Below, piece by piece: positions 46,089-52,976 of a DNA stretch of 52,976 bases; within the stretch, counting starts at the first letter, position 1, and the number at the start of each line of letters is the position of its first letter. This stretch comes from a phage. The stretch lies in sequence record PZ049337.1; one strand, written 5' to 3'. A program made the position numbers and the translations under genes. The notes under the pieces were generated by a model that saw only the letters and a list, made by a program, of their open reading frames with translations, was not told the origin of the DNA and made no database searches.

Positions 46089-47408
46089 TTAAGCTGAACC
46101 AGGTTTTGGTTTTGCTTCACTTGCGTTACCCTTTTGGATGTTAGGAGGTTTAGGATTCGGCTTACCGAGGTCACAAGTTCCGAACACGCCCGAATGGAAC
46201 ATGACTTCGTTTGCAACTTGTGTGGTAATAGTTCCGTTGTTAACCAGCAGGTCAACAGCGAATGCCAAATCTTTAGCTCGCTTCGCTTTCTCAACATTGG
46301 ATTCAGGGAAGATATCTAACCATTCATAGTCATATTCTTCAATGCCAAAGTGCGCTTGGACAATCTTGTCTACCACATCTAAACGAGGGTCGAACACAGA
46401 AGTCTGCAAGCCAGTCAACAAGTCGATATAGTTTACGAGGTCAGATTCGCCCGTAGCATTCATACCGTCTGGAGATGCAGAAAGGAAACGTGTAGCCGGA
46501 ATACCAACTGCGGCAGCAACTATCTTCAAATATTCCCAAATCAAATCTTTCACACCAGATAGTGCAATTGACTTGGTATCATACTTCTCAGTGTTATCGA
46601 GAATTAAGACGTTGTAAATGCTTTTAGCCAGCTTCATCAGTTTGAAACGCTTCATCACAGCAGCTTCACCTTCCGGTGATGTAAGCAGGGATTGTAAGCC
46701 TTCCACAGTTACCACATCAATAGTGGCTTCCTGTGCTAAACTGGCAGCAGCAGCAGCGGTTGTATAAAATTGGTCAATCGTTTTCAGCAGTGGAATAAGT
46801 ACCGAATCAGAATACCACATGTTACGTTGGAATTCGAACAGTGGCAGTTCAGTACCCTCGAACCGAAGGAAACGAGTGTAGTGGATATAGCCGGGATACC
46901 CCGCCAAAGTGTAAAACTCTGGCAAACCGTAGTGAGGACTCAAAGGGTCCAGCACCATAGTTCCTGCGGCAAATAAGCGTGAGCGGTCAATAACTCTCAT
47001 GGATTTAATACATCCAGTCTTCAAGTTATCCAGTCGCAATGGTGTATCAAGTTTGCCCGTACCTTTCAGGTCGAGCAGAACAAATGAAGTGCCATACAAT
47101 CTGGCCCATTGATATGCCTCACGGAACAGCTTGCGAATACGAAGTTTCTTATCCGCCTTGCGTCCCTCTTCACTATCAATATGCCGCCACTTACGCGTCA
47201 TATCTTGAGGAATGACGGTACACACTTTCTGTGCAACCCAGTCCTCACGGAAGCGGTTCATAAGTTCGCGATAGTTCGCGTTCTTGTTTGAGAAAGTCCA
47301 CTGGTTAAAAGTAGACTTATCTGCTTGACCGCCTAACCCCGTTACAAGGTTTTCTAACCCATCTGCAACTTTAACAGAGAGATTGTTTTTCTTCTTCTTG
47401 GAAGTCAT
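46089..47408 (-). CDS. portal protein
   Basis: 439 aa between terminase and protease/scaffold. Confidence 0.65.
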   Translation of the reverse strand: MTSKKKKNNLSVKVADGLENLVTGLGGQADKSTFNQWTFSNKNANYRELMNRFREDWVAQKVCTVIPQDMTRKWRHIDSEEGRKADKKLRIRKLFREAYQWARLYGTSFVLLDLKGTGKLDTPLRLDNLKTGCIKSMRVIDRSRLFAAGTMVLDPLSPHYGLPEFYTLAGYPGYIHYTRFLRFEGTELPLFEFQRNMWYSDSVLIPLLKTIDQFYTTAAAAASLAQEATIDVVTVEGLQSLLTSPEGEAAVMKRFKLMKLAKSIYNVLILDNTEKYDTKSIALSGVKDLIWEYLKIVAAAVGIPATRFLSASPDGMNATGESDLVNYIDLLTGLQTSVFDPRLDVVDKIVQAHFGIEEYDYEWLDIFPESNVEKAKRAKDLAFAVDLLVNNGTITTQVANEVMFHSGVFGTCDLGKPNPKPPNIQKGNASEAKPKPGSA

Positions 47409-47620
47409 TATTTCTTCCTTAGAATAGTTCCATTACCCTTAACAATTTGAATGTTGTCGGAGGTGTGGAGTCGCAGATTTGACTCGTGCTTTAACTTAAC
47501 ACAGTCGCTCTCTGTGGTAGAAACTGCCTCAATCACACATAAAATGTTTCCTTCCAAATCTTGAATCTGGAAGGAGTTGTTCTTGCGTGAGCGGGCATCT
47601 AATCGAGTGATTACCGCCAT
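47408..47620 (-). CDS. hypothetical small protein (about 70 aa)
   Basis: ATG at 47620 is 1 nt after the terminase stop; upstream part of track ORF 47408..47770 overlaps terminase. Confidence 0.35.
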   Translation of the reverse strand: MAVITRLDARSRKNNSFQIQDLEGNILCVIEAVSTTESDCVKLKHESNLRLHTSDNIQIVKGNGTILRKK

Positions 47621-47621
47621 A

Positions 47622-49640
47622 TTACATCCATGCCGAGTAGTTGGCACTTGGGCCGGAGAATTCGATTGCAACCATATCTGAAACGTTATCGACACAATCG
47701 TCGTGTCCAGTACCACTACCCAAAGAAGTGAATCCAAGTATTTCACGTCTAACGTGGTCAATGTGTTCATGACCAGCAGGGAAGAATATCCTCTTTTGGG
47801 AGAAATATGGGATTGCGTTAAGGAATCGAGTTACCTTGTCATTACCATTAATCCCATCACGAGGTAATGGTAAAACTCGGACACTCCCATCTCTGATAAA
47901 TTGTTGGTTCAAGAATTGCCCAGCAGACTTGTCTTCCATGTACAGTGCACGAGGAATACAACCTACACACTTCAAGTCCAACCTGTTGCATTTGTTCCAG
48001 AAGTCGATAATAGCAGTCTTGAGTTCTGGAGTTTCAAACTTACCAAGCATAATATCTAAACAATAAACATCACGCTCTTTAGTCACGCCCCAATGCTTAA
48101 GGACCGAATAATCAGAATAGGACTTGGCAGTTGATGCTGTATCCGCTGTAATAAAACTTCTGACTACGCGACTTCTGTCGAAAACGTCTGGTTCATACTC
48201 TTGCCACCAATCTTCTTTGATAAGGCCGTGGCCTTGTGCAGATGGGTCGCCAGCATACTGTGAATTGTATGTGTATGGGTTAGACTCTTTCATTGCCTCC
48301 AGAGATTCTAAACTCTTACGTGAAGGCCATAATGCAGACTTCTCTTCCTTCCTGTTCAAATTATACAGAATGGGAATAGCATGAGTGTAGTTCTGCTTCT
48401 TGATTAGTTTATCATACCATTCAGCACTCCCAACACCTTTCTCAATAATCGCTGGGATATTGAGATAATGGTATTTGTCAGAAGAGCCACCACGGAGTAT
48501 GTAACCAACTAAATCCTGGTCATGAACTCGCTGCATGATGATAACCATTGGAGTACGAGAGCACTTAATTTGGTTTCCACGGGAATCGGTTATGCACCCA
48601 TCATTGGCAAGACGTGACATAAAGGTGTTATCAAATCGGTCGTTGATTTCTGCTCGAACTGTATCCGAGTAGGCATCTTTTGGTTTGATAACGTCATCCA
48701 CCACAAAACAGCCGGAGTAGTTTGCGACAAGAAGTCCAGCACCTTTACCAGTTAGCTTACCACCAGTAGGTACTGCGTGCATAACTCCAGCTTTGGTCGT
48801 ACCCCAGCGTTCAAGTGAACGTTTGTTAGGGTCGATTCTCACCTTCGGGAATATGCGTTGGAACAGCGGGTCCAACATTACTGCACGGATGTAACCACTA
48901 GATTCCAATACAACGTCTTCTGCATAGGAGGTGATAATGTTGTGGCTAGATTCATTGTGGCAAAATGAATACAGTGGCAGTGCAATACTCATAAGCTGGG
49001 TCTTAGAGTGTCGTGGTGGAATGGTCACTATTAAGCGGTCAATCTCACCGTCAACAACCTTCTGGCCAACACTGAATATTACATCGTGAAAGTCTTGTGC
49101 TTGAAATGGAAATCCCATCTGAATATGGAACTGCCATTTACCAAAGGCTTCGAAACTTTTCATCAAGATTTTGCGAACACGTTCTGCAACCTTGGCAGGG
49201 ATTACAGTTGGGTCCACGTTATGTGGGTCATGCAGAATCTTGTCTACAAGTTCGTCGGTGTTATCATGCTCAGAGTTTGGCTCCTCCAATGTGGAACCTG
49301 CAATACGGTCAGTAACACCTGCTTGAATACCTTTCTTCAACTCATCTGCATAGGCAGTCGAGTCTTTCTTGTCGCCAGAGCGAAGACGCTCAAGTTGTGC
49401 TCTGAAAACGGAACGCAATACAGCATCGTTTTCCAGACCCTGGCCTTCTAACTCTGCTTGAATTTGTTCTTCATAGCTGTCAACTATTGCAGTGTTTTCT
49501 GAAATATATCGACGGAGCAATGGCAAAGATAGAATACAGAATCTTTCTCTTGAGACTTTTAATACGTCACCGTAGTGTTTGGCAAGATACGAGGCTACTG
49601 TATCATTAAACTCCGGTCCGAGGTCATCAGTCTTTGACAT
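47622..49640 (-). CDS. terminase large subunit
   Basis: ATPase region (TIPPRHSKT, Walker-B-like FVVDDV) and C-terminal nuclease-like GHDDCVDNVSD; ATG 49640 preferred over the listed GTG start at 49667. Confidence 0.75.
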   Translation of the reverse strand: MSKTDDLGPEFNDTVASYLAKHYGDVLKVSRERFCILSLPLLRRYISENTAIVDSYEEQIQAELEGQGLENDAVLRSVFRAQLERLRSGDKKDSTAYADELKKGIQAGVTDRIAGSTLEEPNSEHDNTDELVDKILHDPHNVDPTVIPAKVAERVRKILMKSFEAFGKWQFHIQMGFPFQAQDFHDVIFSVGQKVVDGEIDRLIVTIPPRHSKTQLMSIALPLYSFCHNESSHNIITSYAEDVVLESSGYIRAVMLDPLFQRIFPKVRIDPNKRSLERWGTTKAGVMHAVPTGGKLTGKGAGLLVANYSGCFVVDDVIKPKDAYSDTVRAEINDRFDNTFMSRLANDGCITDSRGNQIKCSRTPMVIIMQRVHDQDLVGYILRGGSSDKYHYLNIPAIIEKGVGSAEWYDKLIKKQNYTHAIPILYNLNRKEEKSALWPSRKSLESLEAMKESNPYTYNSQYAGDPSAQGHGLIKEDWWQEYEPDVFDRSRVVRSFITADTASTAKSYSDYSVLKHWGVTKERDVYCLDIMLGKFETPELKTAIIDFWNKCNRLDLKCVGCIPRALYMEDKSAGQFLNQQFIRDGSVRVLPLPRDGINGNDKVTRFLNAIPYFSQKRIFFPAGHEHIDHVRREILGFTSLGSGTGHDDCVDNVSDMVAIEFSGPSANYSAWM

Positions 49641-49659
49641 TGATTCGTTCTCTTTGTTT

Positions 49660-49845
49660 TTAATCACAATCCACTAATGGCTGAGTTTGCACAGGATTGA
49701 TGCGAATGATGTTGCCCAAACTAGAATCAGCTTTTAAAATCAGTCGATTTAGTGGCATGAATGAATCACAGATAGGACATTGTTGGGTGATGAAATCATC
49801 CTCTGCCACCTCATAATGGCAGTTAGGACATTGTATTGTGCGCAT
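49660..49845 (-). CDS. zinc-ribbon small protein
   Basis: CPNCH...CPICD double CxxC; directly upstream of terminase. Confidence 0.4.
   Translation of the reverse strand: MRTIQCPNCHYEVAEDDFITQQCPICDSFMPLNRLILKADSSLGNIIRINPVQTQPLVDCD
49664..49680 (-). promoter_or_regulatory. copy of recurring motif (minus strand CCATTAGTGGATTGTGA)
   Basis: 24 nt upstream of terminase ATG 49640. Confidence 0.3.
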
Positions 49846-49900
49846 AAGCGACTCCGAATAAGATAGGAGGCCAGATAGCCTCCCTAATTACGCGTGTCGC

Positions 49901-50230
49901 TTAATATTTAATATCGCTCCAGGCCATATCTTTATAGAAATCTTCAAGATATGCTTGGGTAGAACCAACAACCACCACAATCTTAAATGGCAGTATCAGC
50001 GGCTTAACAGCCGACATTAAATCTTCGCGCCCACGCTTGATACGTTCGACGTTCTTGATTGTGTTTTCACCACGAGGGAGCATGAAAACGATAACATCCG
50101 CACCTGTTTCATTACGAACTGCAAGTGCACGGGTGAGATAAGTACCACCGCCAGTTGAAGTGACGGTGGATTTCAAATATGCAAACTTGACTTTGCGGTT
50201 ATTTACAACAACAGGTGAGGACAGTTTCAT
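49901..50230 (-). CDS. hypothetical protein (109 aa)
   Basis: Minus-strand ORF between dUTPase and terminase; no motif recognised. Confidence 0.4.
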   Translation of the reverse strand: MKLSSPVVVNNRKVKFAYLKSTVTSTGGGTYLTRALAVRNETGADVIVFMLPRGENTIKNVERIKRGREDLMSAVKPLILPFKIVVVVGSTQAYLEDFYKDMAWSDIKY

Positions 50231-50260
50231 TTCAGATAGGTTCCAATTAGTTACTAATTA

Positions 50261-50713
50261 CTAAACTCGTCCAGTTGAACCAAGCCCGCCTTCACCACGA
50301 ACAGTGGAATTTAAGTGGTCAACTTCAACGAAATGGTGTTGAGTAGCTTTACTAACTTGCACCTGACAAACACGTTCGCCTGGTTGAATAACAAAGGCTG
50401 TGTCCGAGTCGTTGTGCAGCTTAACCATAAGATTACCGCGATAGTCGGAATCCAGAATGCCTGTGCAGTTTGCAAGGCGAATACCAGACTTAAAGCCGTG
50501 ACCAGAACGGCTATGCACTTTGAGTTCGTATCCAATTGGTACTTCGAACTGGAGGCCAGTATCGACAACAACAGAAGAGCCGGGATTGATAACAACAGTG
50601 GTATCGGATACAGTACAAACATCAGCAGCAGCAGCGCCAGCTGTAGCGTACACAGGTAATTTCGCATTAGGATGTACTCGTTTAACTGCAACAACTTGGG
50701 TAATACAAGACAT
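50261..50713 (-). CDS. dut: dUTP diphosphatase
   Basis: All dUTPase motifs: YATAGAAAADV, HSRSGHG, GILDSDYRGNLMV, IQPGERVCQV, RGEGGLGSTGR. Confidence 0.85.
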   Translation of the reverse strand: MSCITQVVAVKRVHPNAKLPVYATAGAAAADVCTVSDTTVVINPGSSVVVDTGLQFEVPIGYELKVHSRSGHGFKSGIRLANCTGILDSDYRGNLMVKLHNDSDTAFVIQPGERVCQVQVSKATQHHFVEVDHLNSTVRGEGGLGSTGRV

Positions 50714-50715
50714 GA

Positions 50716-51342
50716 TTATTTCTCTACTTGATAAGTTACGCGTTCAATCCAGTTGAACACTTTAAATACGGAATCATCCACCTTACCATCAATTAGATGT
50801 TCATCCACTGTTACGCGGGTAGGTGTATTTGGGAGGTTGATGTATCTGCGAGAATCGCCCGTGAAATCAAAACCATCACGATGCAAACGCACAATGATGA
50901 CGAAATCATAAGCAGACTCAACGGCAACGACTTCATCGCCAAAACCGCCATCGGGATAAATGACATTAACAACGCCACCCATACGCCCCGCGAGTTCTTT
51001 AACACGAGCAGCTTCAACCTTACCGAAGTAGTCTTGTCCGTGGCGAGGTTTATACACGTCTTCGCTAACGTGAATAAGAGCCTGACGAGGTGTTCTGCCA
51101 CCAAGACCTGCAAGGGAGATAGAGTCTTTGAGGTCACGGTCCGAAGCGTAGTGAATAAACTTGTCCACATCAACTTGAAAGTGTTTGGCAGTATGCTCAT
51201 ACAGTGCATCCTTAAACTGGTGTTTAATGAATTTGCGCTTACCAAGAAAGTATGATTCCTCGGCAGCAACAATCTTATTTACGATGGTGTCTTTACCGCA
51301 GCCTGGAGGTCCGTTGAGAATAACAGCTAGTCGCTTAATCAA
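50716..51342 (-). CDS. P-loop nucleotide kinase, putative dNMP/dTMP kinase
   Basis: Walker A GPPGCGKDT near N-terminus; probable TTG start at 51342 with GAGGAA Shine-Dalgarno, overlapping the ligase stop. Confidence 0.5.
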   Translation of the reverse strand: MIKRLAVILNGPPGCGKDTIVNKIVAAEESYFLGKRKFIKHQFKDALYEHTAKHFQVDVDKFIHYASDRDLKDSISLAGLGGRTPRQALIHVSEDVYKPRHGQDYFGKVEAARVKELAGRMGGVVNVIYPDGGFGDEVVAVESAYDFVIIVRLHRDGFDFTGDSRRYINLPNTPTRVTVDEHLIDGKVDDSVFKVFNWIERVTYQVEK

Positions 51343-52090
51343 AACTTTCCTCACTTTTGTCTGCACGTAAACGAACGAGTGACGGGAACCGGAACTTACC
51401 AGCTTCTGTCTTCTCACGATATCGAACTTGCATAATCGAACCAATTAGCTCGTGGCGATGTTCCCACAACCACTTACGAATCAACGGGTTAGATTCTGGA
51501 ACGCCGTGGTCTGCCAGACAATCTTTCACCATTGAGCCAGCACTGCCGTAGTTCGAGGAAATAGAACCACACATACCTTTGAGAGCACCAGTACCTTCTT
51601 TCATACCAGTAATCTTCACATCGGCATATTTGTATGGTACAATCTTCCACCACTTACTTTTTGCATCACGGACAATGATACCTTCATGACCAAGCGCCAG
51701 ATATTTATCCATCAATGCCTTAAGGTTTTCATTGCTTGGGTCTTTGCACCAGCCGATGTACAAGCGTGGGTCAACAGCACCATCACTCAACTCATACACA
51801 TTGTCCTGGGTTAGAGGGATGCTTGGCGGGTCAATACGTCCGAGGATGCTAGAAGTCTCATTCCAACTATTACGGAATATCTCAGCATCTCTGAACTGTA
51901 AGTGGTCCAAATGAGGTAGGGGTTTGGAATTACGACTCCAGACACTACCTGATTTATTACGGATAGCTCGAATTCCGTCAATCTTGATGAAGAGTTCACA
52001 GCGCCCTTTGATTCGGCAGTCTGGGTCTTCCCAATCATGTGCGTGAGCCTTTGTGTATCTTGTACCATCATCGAGGAGCTTAATAGACAT
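51335..52090 (-). CDS. ATP-dependent ligase of the nucleotidyltransferase superfamily, probably a minimal DNA ligase
   Basis: 251 aa; motif I FIKIDGIRA (KxDGxR), motif IV-like EGIIVRD. Confidence 0.55.
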   Translation of the reverse strand: MSIKLLDDGTRYTKAHAHDWEDPDCRIKGRCELFIKIDGIRAIRNKSGSVWSRNSKPLPHLDHLQFRDAEIFRNSWNETSSILGRIDPPSIPLTQDNVYELSDGAVDPRLYIGWCKDPSNENLKALMDKYLALGHEGIIVRDAKSKWWKIVPYKYADVKITGMKEGTGALKGMCGSISSNYGSAGSMVKDCLADHGVPESNPLIRKWLWEHRHELIGSIMQVRYREKTEAGKFRFPSLVRLRADKSEESFD

Positions 52091-52604
52091 TAAGATTCTT
52101 TCTCAGGTATTCTCGAACAGCATTCTTGCGTCCGATTTTGGTTTTAGGAACTGGCCCTATTTTAGCAAGATTGCACTTGGCAACTTGCTCTTCGTCAGAT
52201 AATTTGGCAAATGCAATACACTTCTTCTCAATGACTGCATCACGTCGTGATACACCATATCGTTCCATGTATGTGATAATGCCGTGACAATCTTTACACA
52301 GCAATTCCAAATCTTCTGGCTGAACCAGTAGAAGGTTGTCCACAAAGCGGTGCAGGTCTTCCAACTTAAGGAGGCCACCAACTTGAACTTTGTGGTTTAC
52401 TTCAATATCTTTGAGCTTATACAACTTCTTGCAATGGTAACACTGAATGTGGAAGATTGGTTTCTTTGAGTCACCGACCTTCAATGCAATGCGTCGAGAT
52501 TGTATCAGCGCGAGTTTGCTTGGGTGTTTAGACCAAACACTTCGAATAGCAGATTGGAGCCAAGATACAAACTTGGCTTCCGTTCCACAATAACCGTAAG
52601 CCAT
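52080..52604 (-). CDS. HNH endonuclease
   Basis: CYHCKK...EVNHKV...GG...LLCKDCHG pattern. Confidence 0.5.
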   Translation of the reverse strand: MAYGYCGTEAKFVSWLQSAIRSVWSKHPSKLALIQSRRIALKVGDSKKPIFHIQCYHCKKLYKLKDIEVNHKVQVGGLLKLEDLHRFVDNLLLVQPEDLELLCKDCHGIITYMERYGVSRRDAVIEKKCIAFAKLSDEEQVAKCNLAKIGPVPKTKIGRKNAVREYLRKNLNVY

Positions 52605-52615
52605 TTCAACTCCAA

Positions 52616-52976
52616 TTATTTCTGGAGGTACTCTTCTTGAGTGAGGATACGATTCTCTTTAAGGTCAAAGTATTCGTTAATGTTCTTGTAATGCCACAAG
52701 CGAACACAATTTCCCTTTTCAACTTGATGGTGCATGTAAACAAGACGACCCACTTTGAGCAGTTCCTGTTCCCAACCATCTCCGAAGCGCATAATAAATG
52801 CACCAATAACTTTCTTCAAACCTTCTGCATAGGAGGTTGTGCCGTCCAGCATCTCGAATGAAGCAACTGCACCAACGCCATCACGACGGAAATAAGTTTC
52901 TCCGGCTTTGGCACCAGTTTTATAAATCTTTTCTTCAAGAACTCCGCAACCCATAACGTTATCCGTTGAGTCGCCA
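52616..52976 (-). CDS. hypothetical protein, probably N-terminally truncated by the window end
   Basis: Track ORF 52616..52954; frame stays open upstream of ATG 52954 to the window edge. Confidence 0.35.
   Translation of the reverse strand, partial: GDSTDNVMGCGVLEEKIYKTGAKAGETYFRRDGVGAVASFEMLDGTTSYAEGLKKVIGAFIMRFGDGWEQELLKVGRLVYMHHQVEKGNCVRLWHYKNINEYFDLKENRILTQEEYLQK

Noticed and set aside
45056-46297. Full-length 413-aa version of the protease/scaffold ORF
   Set aside because: The first roughly 70 codons overlap the portal gene in another frame and are hydrophobic/low-complexity; a downstream start is more plausible.

Overview
The window reads as most or all of a roughly 53-kb tailed-phage genome, with every credible gene on the minus strand (plus-strand ORFs in the track are antisense shadows). 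In transcription order (high to low coordinate): nucleotide-metabolism and ligase genes (52.9-49.9 kb), a head module (terminase large subunit, portal, protease/scaffold, capsid; 49.7-43.4 kb), a Mu/P2-like contractile-tail module (connectors, sheath, tube, chaperone with -1 frameshift, tape measure with lytic transglycosylase domain, baseplate, three tail fibres; 43.4-25.6 kb), holin plus a secreted SleB-like hydrolase, a class Ia nrdB, an N-terminally short T7-like single-subunit RNA polymerase (21.0-23.0 kb), about 30 small early genes (13-19.6 kb, including an ArdA-like antirestriction protein and a T5-type M15 endolysin), a tRNA-like gene with flanking ORF-free blocks (7.4-12.7 kb), then a replication module (ThyX-like, primase-helicase, family A DNA polymerase, 5'-3' exonuclease) interrupted by HNH endonucleases. 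I found no CRISPR array, integrase, transposase or rRNA. The most interesting signals are five early/replication proteins ending in an SSB-like ...PF tip (one carries the exact host SSB tip DFDDDIPF), a 17-nt motif repeated about 10 times upstream of genes, a short RNA polymerase in a myovirus-type genome, and about 3 kb of ORF-free sequence around the tRNA. All calls rest on motif recognition and gene order by eye; no database search or folding was run.
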